From positions 10,850,001 to 10,914,000 of the forward strand of contig JBHGNT010000008.1 in the NCBI GenBank assembly GCA_043228905.1: a DNA stretch of 64,000 bases, in the 5' to 3' direction. The notes beneath the pieces were generated by a model. It was not told the DNA's origin. It saw only the letters and a list, made by a program, of their open reading frames with translations, and made no database searches. This document shows, in pieces, positions 1 through 12,679 of the stretch (its first letter is position 1; every line of letters begins with the position of its first letter). A program made the translations under genes and the position numbers. The DNA comes from Azolla caroliniana. Taxonomy: Eukaryota; Plantae; Polypodiophyta.

Positions 1-3000
1 ATAAGTGAACCACAAGCTGAAGCATAAGGTACACCATACATGTCATTAATTGTTTCTTGTGTCTTAGGACAATCTTCCTTAGAGACTTTATCATATGGCT
101 GTAATGGCACTCCACGAGGCTTTGCGTCAGCCATACAAAATCTGTCCAGCACCTTGTCAATGTATTTTTCTTGAGATAAATACAATGTATGGTGCTCTCT
201 TTGTCTCCTAATTCTTACTCCAAGTAAATGTTCAGCTTCCCCAAGGTTTTTCATTGAAAATGCAGATTTCAGCTGCTTTTTAAGGACATCAACAATGCTC
301 CTTTTCTTGGCAGCAATGAGCATATCATCTACATATAGTACAAGAATGATTGGGCTGCCACTTTCATCTCTTTTAGTATACAAACAGTGATCAGCACGGC
401 TTCTTTTGTACCCATGTTTGAGCATAAAAGCGTCAAACTTTTTGTACCGTTGTCTAAACGCTTGTTTCAGCCCATACAAGCTTCTATTGAGCTTACATAC
501 CAAATGTTCCTTTCCAGGAATAACAAAGCCCTTGGGTTGTTTCATGTAAAGCTCTTCATCAATGTCACCATGCAAAAAAGTTGTATGTACATCCATTTGG
601 TCTAATTCCAAATCAAGTGCAGACACTATAGCAAATAGCACTCGCAAAGTGGTCGTTTTTACCACAGGAGAAAACACTTCCTGAAAATCTATGCCCTTCC
701 TTAGTTTGAACATATCCTTTTGCAACCAGCCTTGCTTTATACTTGGGTTTGTCATCAACGGTCTTGATTTTATGTACCCATTTGTTAGGAATAGCTTTCC
801 TTCCTTTGGGCAATTCAACCAAGTCCCAAGTATTATTTGAATGCAAAGCCTTAATCTCTTTCTGCATAGCAAGCTCCCACTTATTGTTGTGCTCAAATGC
901 CTTTGCCTCTTTATATGTAAGAGGTTCTCCCTCATCGGTCAACATTATGTAGTGCAACGAGGGGTCAAATCTACTCACATTTCTTTTTATACGAGTAGAA
1001 CATCTCACCCAATGATCCATATTGTCAGGTAATGGATCAACATCAGGTGGCATGTCTAAATCATCATTGTTAGGCTGCTGTCCATTATTTTCAGCGCCAT
1101 TTTCAGCATTATTATTTGGTTGCCATCCCTAGGATCCTCATCTTGCTGTCCAACATCTTCTGGCTCCAAAACCACTGGATGATCAATATTTTCAGTCCTT
1201 TGTGGTGGATCCTGATGGTCAAAACTGGGTCTAACAGGTGGCTTGTCATGCTGAAATCTAACCCTTTTATGGTCATCTTTTGAGGCACAATTGTTTTGAA
1301 GCAGCCTTGCCTCATTGAAAACAACATCTCGGCTGCATATAACCTTCTTGAGCTGGGGTATCCAAATCCTATAACCCATTTCGCCTTCTTCACCATATCC
1401 CATGAAGAGGCCCTTAATGGACTTGGCATCAAGTTTGTTTCTCAGCTCAGGCCTTATATGTACAAAACCCTCGCAGCCAAAGACACGTAAGTGATCATAT
1501 GAAGCAGGTTTGCCAGACCAAACCTCTTCAGGGATGTCACCCTTCAAAGATGTGTGAGGGGATCTATTGCATACATGTACTGCAGTTTTGAGTGCCTCTC
1601 CCCAAAATCCATGAGGGAGATTAGCAGTGGACAGCATGCATCTCACTCTCTCACAAAGTGTCCTATTATATCGTTCAGCCACACCATTAGAAGAGGGGCT
1701 GTATGGAACAGTAAGCTCCCTCTAAATACCCAAAATTTCACAAAATATCTTGAATTCAGCACTTGTATACTCACCACCATTGTCCGTACGCAAACATTTC
1801 AGTTTTCTGCCTGTTTGGGTGGTTACAAATGCATAAAAACGCTTAAATGCAGCTAAGGCTTCATCCTTAGATTTAAGCAATTGAACCCAAATCTTTTTAG
1901 AGAAATCATCAACAAATGAGATAAAATACATTGCACCCCCCATAGATTTGGTGGGCATGTTACACACATCAGAATGAACAAGATCAAGTATACAAGACTT
2001 ACGAGACACACCAGTGTAAAAGGAACACTTCAGCCTTCAATTGCTTTCCATATTGGCCTTCATTACAAAAATCAAGCTTCGTGCCTTTAGCATCAAGCTT
2101 CTTTAGATTACAAAGCCTAGTGAGACCCTTTTGGCTCATATGGCCAAGTCTCTTATGCCACAGCTCCATATGGGAGTGAACTTCAGCCAAAGCAATAAAT
2201 TTGGCCGATATAGCATTTCCATGTAAGCAATAAAGAGTTCCTTTCTTTGTGCCTTTCACAATCAGCCTTGAACCTTTTGTCATTTTCCATGATCTTGTCT
2301 CAAAGAGAATGCTATAACCATGAATATCCATTTGCCCCACAGAAAGCAAGCTCTTCTTGATCCCTGGTACATAACGCACATTACGCAAAACCAGCTCATT
2401 AGTGCCATTTCTAGAAAAACGCACAATGCCAATACCCTCAATGGAACATCCCTACAGTAAAAGTAGAAAAACACTGCTTGATAGGATCACATGAAATGAA
2501 GCACTAGAGTCAACTATCCATGTTTGGGCCAATGCATCATTGACAGTCAGCAAAGCATCAATAAGATCATTCTTAGTGATACACATGTCCTCTGAATGAA
2601 TATATAGAGAGGCATCATATGCGTATCATCAGCTGAAAAAGTAGCACATAAAACGTCCTCAACATTTGACTACTCCTCTATGACTGCATTAGGGCCAAAT
2701 TGGCCTTCTCTTCGTCCTTTTGGCTGTCATGTGCATATTAGTCTTGTCCTTTCTCTAATCTCCAGAATTCTTTTTTCTTTCAAGTTCTGCTTTGTAATAG
2801 CGGCAATCAGATTTATTGTGGCCTTTCCTATCACACTGATAGGATGTTACGTCATTGCTTTTAACTTTGCTATTTCCCCTTTCTTGGCTTTTACTTTTGT
2901 TCCTATGTGCATAGTTACTTCTCTTATTTGTCCTACCTCTAACCATGTTGACTGAGTTGCCACCTTCTCCACTTGCTTCTCCTGATCTCTTCATTGAGAA

Positions 3001-3544
3001 TGGAGCCCCTAACACCATCAAAGGTTAAGTTGGGTCTATTAGACAATGAGACTACCAATGTCTCCTATGAGTCAGGTAGTGTCATTAGCAAGAAAATGGC
3101 TTTGAGTTTATCATCAACAGGAGCCATTCCTAAGTCCTGTAGTTGTGATAACGCACCTGTAAACAAGGACAAGTGTTCAGCTGCACTCTTGGACTCATCC
3201 AATTGCATGCCAACAAGCTTTCGCATTAGGTGTACTTGATTAACAGGTGTATTGTTTTCATATGTAGCCTTCAGCTTTGCCCATATTTTAGACGCAGATA
3301 CCAACCCTTTGAGATCTACCAAGATCTCATCAGAAACAACCATCTTAATATATATGACAGCCTTTTTGTTTAAAATCTGCCATGCATCTTTTGACATGTT
3401 CTCTGGTTTTTCTACCTCCAACGTCCTCTCACAATCCTTCAAAAATAGAATTACTTGCATTCTTTCATTCCACAAGTCGAAACCTATTCCCTCAAATCGT
3501 CAAATTTCAAAAAGATTCTTCACATCTGAGGAGGATGACGCCAT
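1..3544 (-). pseudogene. Disrupted copia gag-pol of element A
   Basis: Probable ATG at 3544 (MASSSSDVK...). ORF-track pieces 3065-3475, 2755-3021, 1999-2424, 1722-2009, 1056-1682 and 613-1053 are successive copia domains broken by stops and frameshifts. Confidence 0.85.
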
Positions 3545-3634
3545 AGCTCACAATAAAGATGTCTAAACACCTGTTCTTTGTTGCACAGCAACTATGCAAA
3601 AGTTCAAAAACCCTAAACTCACTCTGATACCAGT

Positions 3635-3995
3635 TGTAAGGGTTAGGAATGATGTCAATCGGGCTAAGGAATACTCAGGATTCACCCTAGTATAGGCCCT
3701 TTAGATGCAATAGTGGAGCTATGGTAGAAAAGATAGAGAGAGAGTAGTAGTTGGAGAAGCTCACCTTTGAAGTGACATCCAAAAGTTTTTAACTTATGTT
3801 TTATAAGACCCATTTAGGGTTGGCTGAGTTCATACTGAACTTGGCCCAAAAATAACAAAAAAGTGGTTAATGACTTTTCGCCTTTATAAATAGGCCTATA
3901 CACATGTACACACTATAAGGTTGTCATTTAGGGCCTTTACCGCAACATCCAATAGATTGTTTAACAAAGTGTTTAACAAAGACACTTCACCAACA
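3635..3995 (-). repeat. 5' LTR of element A (~361 bp)
   Basis: Minus strand reads TGTTGG...CTTACA, then 2 nt, then TGGTATCAGAGT (tRNA-iMet-type PBS). TATA-like TATTTATAAA near 3883-3892. The partner LTR is outside the window, so the outer edge is inferred from TG...CA. Confidence 0.7.
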
Positions 3996-6591
3996 CTGCC
4001 TTGAGCAAGTGGGAGTTGTGCAGTAGAGTAACCTAGCTCCTTTAAGTGGGTGGTTGTTGGGATTAAAGGTCCTTTAGGTTTCTCTAACTAAACTAGAAAA
4101 ACGTTTTTATATTATTTAATATTTTCTAGTTCTTGTTCAAGTTGTACAGCCTTGTTTTCAGAATTGTACAATTTCTAAATGAATATTTTGTAATTTGAAT
4201 GGGATCCTTGGACAAGATCCCACTCAGCATTAAATAGGTATTTATGAGGCCATGACTTAGTTATCCCATCAACATTTAAAGTTCTTCTTCTATGTGCATA
4301 TTCTATGTATCTTCGATAGTACATATATATGTGTGTGCATTCCTACCTTCTAATTTTTTTTAAACGATAGGCTTTCGTTTTCCAAAACTGCTTCTTTAAT
4401 CCCTCCTATGTGTTAAACCCCAAAATTGTATTTAGTTTCTATATCTCTGCCTTTAGATGTTTCAGAAAACTATTATTCCATCTTCTACTTACAAAGGTTT
4501 GCAATGGTGCTTCCCTTGTATACAAGCCACATGAGACATTGAAGACTTTGAAATGAGGAAGTCCATGCATCATTTGGGATGAAGAGAGCTTTTAAAGATA
4601 CATAGTTGAGGTGCCCAAAACGAGCATGCCACAATAGAGGATCTTCTTGAGCTACCAAGGCATAGCTTCCATGAAGTTGTTGTAAATGAGTCTTGTAAAT
4701 TATCAACAATGTTTGGTTGCTCATTTTCAACAATATTGGGTTGTTACAAGAGATCAATTTGAGCATTGCTTGGTTGCTCTACATCTCCACTTGGAGCATG
4801 TTATTGCTGATGCAAAACCTGCACATAACCTCCATGAGATTGGGTTAGTCGATCACCTTCAAACACAACATTTAGGAGCAATGGTAACAAAGTATCAAAT
4901 GCATTTGGTTGATCAAGAATTGGCCCTTTGGAGCAATCCACAAGTGGTTGAGTTGCATTTTCAGCAAATATCACATCCCGGCTGATAATGATCTTGCCGA
5001 TGGTGAGCTGAAACAACTGATAACCTTTGCATTCTTTGTTGTAGCCAACAAAGATGCATTTTGTTGCTTTGTCTTGAAGCTTATGGCGATGATGTGGTGG
5101 CACAAATGCATAAGCCAAGCTTCCAAATATTCTCATGTGACCAACATTTGGCTTGTGACGATTCCAAGCCTCATATGGAGTGATAGTTTTTATTGCTTTC
5201 GTGGGACATCTATTTAAAACATAGTTTGCACACATTACACCTTCCAACCAAAACTTATATGAGGTAGGTTCTTACCATTGAGCATGCATCTTGCCATCTC
5301 CATGAGAGATCTATCCTTTCTCTCAGCCAAACCACTTTGTTGTGAAGGCAGCACGAGGATTAGGGTTTAGATCAAAAACAAAGAGGGAGAGAGTCTGAGT
5401 GAGAGACAAAGAGAGAGAGAGAGATGCACGTTGTCTTGGGTACAAAGAGTGTACCTCTTTTTTGGTTTTTAGATATTATGTATATACAAGTCAAAAGTGT
5501 GCTACGAGTGCGTTCACACTCGTGCACTAATAAAAGGCACGATGGCCCTTTATTCCCAACAACCTCCCACCTAAAGGCAATGTGCCATGAGAGAAAAAAA
5601 AAGAAAGTCAGCTAAGTCCAAGTATGTACAAAGCTGAACTACATACATCTATCCAACTCCCATCATCTGTCGGCAATGAGCAAATCGCTCAGCTGGAAGA
5701 CCCTTTGTGAGAAGATCTGCAGGATTATTATTTGTATGTACTTTGACAAGCTCAATGTTCTTGCTGTCAAGTACATCTCTGATGAAGTGATACTTCACCT
5801 CTATGTGCTTCGTCTTTGCATGAAAGACGGGATTCCGGGCTAGCATGATAGCACTCTAGCTGTCACAATGAAGAATAGGTAACTCTATAATGCCAAGATC
5901 TCTCACTAGATATGAAAGCCATAAAGCCTCTTTGCATGCCTCAATGGCAGCAACATACTCTACCTCTGTAGTAGACAATGCAACACACTTCTGTAGTCTG
6001 GAGATCCAAGCCACCGCTCCTGTGAAAGTAAATACATACCCAGAAGTAGACTTCCTGCAATCTGCGTGACCAGCATAGTTCGCATCCGTAAAACCAACGA
6101 TAGATGCCTTTTGCTTTCCAAAGCAAATGCCCAAGTCCTTGGTGCCTTTGAGGTATCTCATAATACCTTTCACCGCTTCCCAATGCTTTTTGCCGGGATT
6201 TTCCATGTACCTACTAACCACTCCCATTGCAAAGGCAATATCAGGGCGTGTAGCAACCATCACATATATCAAATTGCCAACGGCAAAAGCATATGGAACC
6301 TTAGCCATTTCAGCCTTCTCATCATCAGATGTAGAGCTGTCTTCTGCACTGAGTTTCAAATATGGAGGCAATGGAACCCCAATTGTTTCCCCCCCTCCAT
6401 ATTGAAACGTTGCAAAACGTTAGAGATATACTCCTGCTGAGATAGAAAGAGTACCCCTTTCGATCAGTTTCGGAGTATTCACATGCCAAGGATGTGATTA
6501 GCATCACCAAGATCCTTCATATCAAAGCTGCCATGAAGGCTTTGCTTCAATGAATCCAAGGCATGAATATCCTTGCCAGCAATCAACATAT

Positions 6592-7087
6592 TAGGGATCG
6601 GCAACGGTTCGGTTTAGGCTTAGCCGGTTTGGCCTGATCCAAGCCAAACCGGCTAAGCCTAAACCGTTTACAAGATCTCAAACCTGAGCCGAGCCGAGCC
6701 GAGCCGGTTCACAAACCGGTTTAGGCTAAACCGGTTTATGCTAAACCGGTTTGTGAACCGGCTTGGTAAACGGCTTGTAAACCGGTTTCCAAACCGGCTT
6801 GGAAACCGGTTTAGAAACCTCCGTCTCTCTCTCTCTCTCTCTCCCTACCTCCCTCTCTCTCTCAGATGATCCCTCCCACTCTCTCTCACGTCTGTGGTCT
6901 CGACTCTCTCTCCCTCTCCCTCTCTCTCCCCTCTATGTAGTTCCTCTCTCTCTCTCTCTCTCTCTCTCTCACGTCTATGGTCTCGACTCTCCCTCCCTCT
7001 CTCTCTCTCTCCCCTCTATGTAGTTCATCTCTCTCTCTCTCTCTCTCTCCCCTCTATGTAGTCTCTCTCTCTCTCCCCTCTATGTAG

Positions 7088-7123
<36 letters not shown>

Positions 7124-7692
7124 CTCTGTGTAGTCTCTCTGTCTCTCCCCTCTATGTAGTTCCTCTCTCTCTCTCTCTCTCTCTCCTTATATGTTGTCTC
7201 CCTCCCTCTCTCTCTCTCTCCTCGTTTGTGTAGTCTCTCTCTCTCTCTCTCCTTATATGTTGTCTCCCTCTCTCTCTCTCTCTCTCCTCGTTTGTGTAGT
7301 CTCTCTCTCTCTCTCTCCTTATATGTTGTCTCCCTCCCTCTCTCTCTCTCTCTCCTCGTTTGTGTAGTCTCTCTCTCTCTCTCTCCTTATATGTTGTCTC
7401 CCTCCCTCTGTCTCTCTCTCCTCGTCTATGTAGTTCTCCCTCCCTTACTCTCTCTCTCTCTTTCCCCTTGTCTGTTGTCTCTCTCCCCCTCTCTAAAGTT
7501 TATAAACGGCTTAAACGGTTAATCCGGCTTAGCCGGCTTGAGCCGTTTTGGCGAGGCTCAAGCCAAGCCGAGCCGAGCTCAAACCGTTAAGGCAAGTTCA
7601 AGCCTAAACCGAGCCGAGCCGAGCCGCTAAGCCGTTTTCAAGCCGGCTAAGCCAAACGGTTTAGGCTTGAGCCGAGCCGTTGCTGATCCCTA
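6592..7692. mobile_element. Non-autonomous hAT-superfamily DNA transposon (MITE/Ds-like), 1101 bp
   Basis: TIRs TAGGGATCGGCAACGG and CCGTTGCTGATCCCTA (15/16). 8-bp TSD CAACATAT at 6584-6591 and 7693-7700. Subterminal AAACCGG/AAACGG/GAGCC arrays, CT-rich core, no transposase. An 8-bp TSD and TAGGGAT ends are typical of hAT (Ac/Ds) elements. Confidence 0.92.
6820..7495. repeat. CT-microsatellite-based degenerate tandem repeat in the core of the hAT element
   Basis: (CT)n tracts alternate with recurring spacers CCCCTCTATGTAG, CCTTATATGTTG and CCTCGTTTGTGTAG. Confidence 0.85.
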
Positions 7693-8745
7693 CAACATAT
7701 CATCAACATACAAAACCAAGATAATCAAGCTGCCATCTCCTACCTTCTTGGTGTACAATCACTGTGGTCCACTTGACTTCTACGAAAACCTTGAGACTAC
7801 ATAAATGCATCAAATTTATGACACCATTCTCTTGGTGCTTGTTTCAACCCATACAAACTCCTTTTGAGCTTACAAACCATCTTCTCTTTGCCTTTAGCTA
7901 CAAAACCTTCAGGTTGCTGCATATATATGTCTTCATGTCACCATCTGTATCTGCAAGTAAAGCATGTTCTCTATGGCATAATGAAACAAAGAGTACATCA
8001 TTTCCACTATCACTATCATGAGTGACTACATTCACCTCTTCAATTTTAGTATTGCCTTTCCTCGGTTGAATGTCTCTCTTTTCTTCTATGAAATCATCTA
8101 TCTTCTTGCCCTTTCCTTTCTCTTTCTTCCATTTGAAACAATCACGTTTAAAGTGACCCTTTTTGCCACAGTGATGGCATTCTACATCTTTACCATGTGA
8201 TTTACTACAGCCATAACTATCATATTTGTCTCTTTGTTGTGACCTACCCCTCATATGCAACGCACTAGAGGACTTATTGGATGCATTGTTTTGTCGACTC
8301 ATCTCTTCCATGAGTAGAGAACTCTCTACATCGGCATAAAGAAGTATCGCATTTGAATTGCTCATAGCAGTCCTGAAAGTATCCCAACTTTCTGACATGG
8401 CCGTAAACTCATCATCAATGATGAATTTCAAGGCAACCAGCTGGCTGAAAATGGAATTGAACTCACTCAGGTGAGTTGACATGGGTGTACCCTCTGTCAT
8501 GCGCAAATCCATAAGTTTCTTAAGCCAATAAACTTTGCTAGCTGCCGTCTTTTGGGCATATAGTTCCTCTAGTCTAGTCCATATAGAATAGGCGGAGTCC
8601 AAACCTTCAATATTAAAAAGCAAGGCATCAGAAATCGACAACTCAATAGTCGAGCGTGCAAGCTCGTTCAACTCTTGCCAATCATCTTGGTCCATATCTG
8701 TAGGCTTTACCCCCTTTGACTTTTATAGGCTTTGCATGCTTCTTT

Positions 8746-8864
8746 AGAAAACCCTAAACTCTGCTCTGCAGAAAACCCTAATCTCTGCTCTGCAGAAAAC
8801 TCTAAACTCTGCTCTGCAGAAAACCCTAAACTCTGCTCTGTAGAAAATTCTAAACTCTGCTCTG
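8746..8864. repeat. 24-bp tandem repeat (~5 copies) in the 5' leader of element C
   Basis: Unit AGAAAACCCTAAACTCTGCTCTGC, repeated up to and overlapping the PBS. Confidence 0.9.
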
Positions 8865-11589
8865 ATACCAGTTTGAAGGCAGCACGAGGATTAGGGTTTA
8901 GGTCAAAAACAGAGAGGGAGAGAGTCTGAGTGAGAGACAAAGAGAGAGAGAGAGAGATGCACATTGTCTTGGGTACAAAGAGTGTACCTCTTTTTTGGTT
9001 TTTAGATATTATGTATATACAAGTCAAAAGTGTGCTACGAGTGCGTTCACACTCGTGCACTAATAAAAGGCACGATGGCCCTTTATTCCCAACATGTTGT
9101 GGTGTGTATAGAGTAGTGCATTGATGGATAATACCTATGTCCTTCAAGAAAGCATTGAACTTTTGAGACATGTACTCACCCCCTCGATCAATGCGAAGAG
9201 TAATGAGTTTGTGACCACTAAGCTTTTTAGCAAGGTGTAAGAATTCTTTGAAGCATGAAAAGACATTGGATTTCTCCTTCAAAGGATATACCCAAGTGTA
9301 TCGGGTAGCATCATCAATGAATGTAAGAAAATAAAGATAACCTCTAATTGATTGTGTTCTCATTGGGTTGCATACATCACTATGTACAAGTTGAAGCTTG
9401 TGTGTTACCAAAACATTTTCATTTTTTGGAAATGAAAACTTGTGCATTTTTCCTAGAATACAGCCCTCATAAACATGAATGGAAGGAAGATTCATACCAT
9501 ATCATGCTTGCGAAGCCATGCAAGGCTGCTGAAATTTAAATGGCCGAACCAAGCATGCCATAGTTCAAAATTGTTGTGTTTGGGCATCCACCGCTAATGC
9601 ATTTTGGGTATCAAACTTTTTATACATGTCAAGCTTGTAAAGGTTGTTGAACAAACTACATGTTATGACAATGATATCACCATTTGTACGATCATGTATT
9701 GTGCATTTGTCATAGAGAAAATGGACAAGATATTCATGCCTAGCAATGGTGGAAATTGAAAGAAGGTTTTTCTTTATGCCAAGTACATAGAGAACATTGT
9801 TCAAGGTGACTACATCCCCATTGATGGCTATAATATGAACTTGACCAATGCCTTTAATGATGTAAGAAGCATTTTGGCACAAGTAATTGTGCCCACCTTA
9901 TGACAAGCATCTTCAAGTGTGACAAAGAAATTTTTGCAAGAAGTTGTGTTTAGAAGCACTGCTACCAAAATACCAAGCATCCTTAGACTCACCAATAAAC
10001 ATACGTCATCCTTTGAGGGATTATACATCATATGTATCGAGAATGCACACTCATGTTGAACAATGTGTGCTTCTACCTTTGTACCAGTAGAGGTGGTAAC
10101 AGTTGTTTTTTCTTCTCTTCACTAGCTTTCCTTTTTCGACATTCGCTAATGTCGTGGCCTAGTTTACGACGATAATTGCACCTTTTCTTCTTCTTCTTGT
10201 CATGGAAAGTCGAGGCATCATTGCTTTTAAAAGGAAGGTTATTTTGTTTTCGTCCTTGTTGGCCTTTGAACTTGAAAGAGGTAATAAAAGCTTGGTCACC
10301 ACTATTAAGAACATCCTAATTTGCTCGAGATTGAGATTCCTATAAGAAGGGAGATTAACTCATCAAAGTTGATACTATCTTTACCCCTTGTAAGAAGCCT
10401 TATTGTCGTGGCGAAACCTTGATATGAATCCAGAAGCCCGAGAAGAACTTTAGAAACTAACTGCTTATCTGAAATCACTCCATCAATGTTGAGTAGTTCT
10501 TCTTTGAATTCCTTGATTGTTGATAAGAATGTGACCATGGATTCACCTTCTTACATCCTTGTCTCTTCAAATTGTTGCTTAAGCATAGCAACTCTTGCTT
10601 CATTCCTATATAGGTTCTTTAACACATCCCAAGCACTTTTTGAGGTCGTGCAAAATCAGATATGTGGAACAATGTGATGTTTGACCGATAATGCAATGAG
10701 AGCATGGGCTTGAGCATCCTTACCATCCCACTTAAGTTGTGTAGAAGTGGATTGTTGAGTGGAGCTTGAAGCATTGTTTGTGTAAGTTGTTCCTGAAGGG
10801 GAGGGAGAGTTTGGAGAAGAACTTGAAGTTGAACATTCATCAAATCCGATGACAATGTCCCATAATAGCTTTGCTACCATTACATGTCTCATCATGTATG
10901 GCTGGGGTAGAATCCTATTACTAAAAGACGGGTGCATGAACCCTCTTGCAACCTTCTCGAGAACCATAAGAATATGGATACTAGATCAGGACCTACCTAA
11001 AGGTGAATCAAACCCTGCCACATAGGATAGTTAGTACCATCCAACTTGTCTTCGGCATTAAGTATACCAAAACTATTAGCTTGCTCAGCCATTGCAAAAG
11101 CAAGAAATATGGATGAGATATTGTAATACTTGGTGGTTATGTTCACCAAAATGTACTAAAGCAATATAATATTGAAGAATAGTGTAAGAAATGGGCTGAA
11201 CAAAATAGATAAGAGTTATTGTATTGTGCAAAAAACTTGTTTTGTTGTAAAATTTGGTTGTTGCAATTGTTGTGCAGTCAGGGTTTGAGACTACTACAAA
11301 ACTTGTTTCAACTGTACCTCCAAAACCAAAAATCTGATTCAGTTGTGCAAGTTATCAAAAAAATCAGCTCGAAATCTACTTTCTAAAGATGTGAAAATAG
11401 GGAAAGATCACCTCTGCTACAGTTTCAAGGTCTTCTAAGATGGGAAGACATCAACAGAAAGATCTTTGTATGCCTAATAGAAAGAATAGGATAGAGAAAG
11501 TAACCTAAACCTGCTCTGATAACATTTATAGAAAATGGATGGATCTTAGTAGCAAGATCACTTACAAGAATTAAGGAAATATCATTAGA

Positions 11590-12560
11590 TTAGGAAAAAC
11601 GAGCATTGATTATAAAGATGTAGAATGGTTTATATAACCAGTATCTACAAGTATCTACCTTGAGTTGTCCCCATGCTAATTTTGGTTTGAGCTTAAACAA
11701 GTTTTTCTTTTTCATCTCTTGCATTTGGAAATATCTTCTTTTCTTTCTCCTCACTACTTTCTTGTATATGTGCCATGCAACAATCTTTTCATTCCCCCCT
11801 TCTATGGACTTAAACCATTTGAGATACATCTTACATTCATCGTCGAACCAAGAATTACATGGAAAACTACACACCTTATGCCCACCCACATGTCTCTTAA
11901 AGCATTGATATCCAACCTTAAGGATTATATCCTTCAAATGTTACCAATTTTCTTTAACATCGTTGCTTAGAGAAAAATTTAACAAATGGTTCTCCACTTC
12001 ATTTGGATTATAAGTGGATTGTGGTGACTAGGTGCACAAGGGTTGCCTACTCCCTAAATTATAGTTAAAAAGTGGGAAAATATGCAGCTGTTTGGTTCTC
12101 CGTAGGGTGGGAGGGATGGAAATGGAGAAAAAAATAAACAAATGGTTACCTACTCAAAGATAATTGAGTTGATTAGGAGAAAGAAATATTAGTGAAGGTT
12201 ATGGAAATCTCACAACTCTAATACTATGTGAGAAACTGTTATGAGCAGTTGTAAGATGCCAAAGAGGATAGCAACAGCTTAACAATAAGCTAAAACAAGA
12301 ACTATATTTGTTCATGAGGCTCAAAGCCTTTAAATACAAAGATGAGAGTGGGTCTTGTTTATGAAAGGAGATAAAATATTCCAAAGTACATAATGAGTTG
12401 AAGTGGTGGAGTGTAGAGAAAAGAACAATGCCATTAAATCTGTAATGAAGTAGTGGTTCATTTAAAAAGTCAATTGTAATCAATGTTGGAATAAAGTAAA
12501 TCTTGAGAGAGAAAATGTGCGGAGATTGCAAAAGGGAGAGATCAGTTCTGCGAGGTTGTC
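11590..12560 (-). mobile_element. Probable degraded LINE ORF2 fragment (endonuclease-RT linker)
   Basis: The minus ORF 11590-11937 contains SWFDDECK followed by a basic helix, resembling the PWFDxEC motif of non-LTR ORF2. The rest is too decayed to confirm. Confidence 0.45.
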
Positions 12561-12679
12561 AACCTCCAATAGTTTGTAGGTATTAAGTGCAAAAAAAAAA
12601 CTTTGTTCCATCATTACATTCAAATTCCGTCCAAAATTGTTCCACATATTCTAGTTGGTGTCTAGGACCCTCACAAATG

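Larger units (their letters stand above)
1..3995 (-). mobile_element. Ty1/copia LTR retrotransposon A; 3' part runs off the window start; degenerate gag-pol
   Basis: Minus-strand ORF fragments in copia order: gag (WNERMQVIL...), GAG-pre-integrase (LWHKRLGHMSQ), integrase (VHSDVC, LRTDNGGEY, AERYNRTL), RT ([21 protein letters not shown] near 325-339). Many stops and frameshifts. PBS at 3621-3632, 5' LTR 3635-3995. Confidence 0.93.
5343..9094 (-). mobile_element. Internally deleted Ty1/copia element C with both LTRs and 5-bp TSD
   Basis: LTRs 5343-5561 and 8874-9094 (TGAAGG...CCCAACA on +), TSD TGTTG at 5338-5342 and 9095-9099, PBS TGGTATCAGAGC at 8859-8870, PPT-like TTTAGGTGGGAGGT at 5562-5575. 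Gag with CCHC knuckle (7898-8695) joins directly to mid-RT; RT/RNase H continue to 5649. Confidence 0.95.
4485..11524 (-). mobile_element. Truncated Ty1/copia element B (gag-PR-INT, no RT/RH seen), interrupted by element C
   Basis: Degenerate PBS TGTTATCAGAGC at 11513-11524. Gag starts at 11092 (MAEQ...KLDGTNYPMW), followed by WHAWFGHLNF and integrase (VHSDVC, LRIDRGGEY, YTPQ). Integrase resumes at 5342-4800 on the far side of element C. Confidence 0.85.

Noticed and set aside
4360-4415. Candidate NDUFA13 exon 2 (minus-strand GIKEAVLEKRKPIV)
   Set aside because: No AG acceptor in the required phase and no LQAEED motif following.
6799-7590. Ser/Leu-rich ORFs
   Set aside because: They are translations of CT microsatellite inside the hAT element.
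8732-8870. 24-bp array (and the 54-bp array at 50778) as CRISPR-like repeats
   Set aside because: Head-to-tail repeats with no unique spacers, in a eukaryotic retrotransposon context, with no cas genes.
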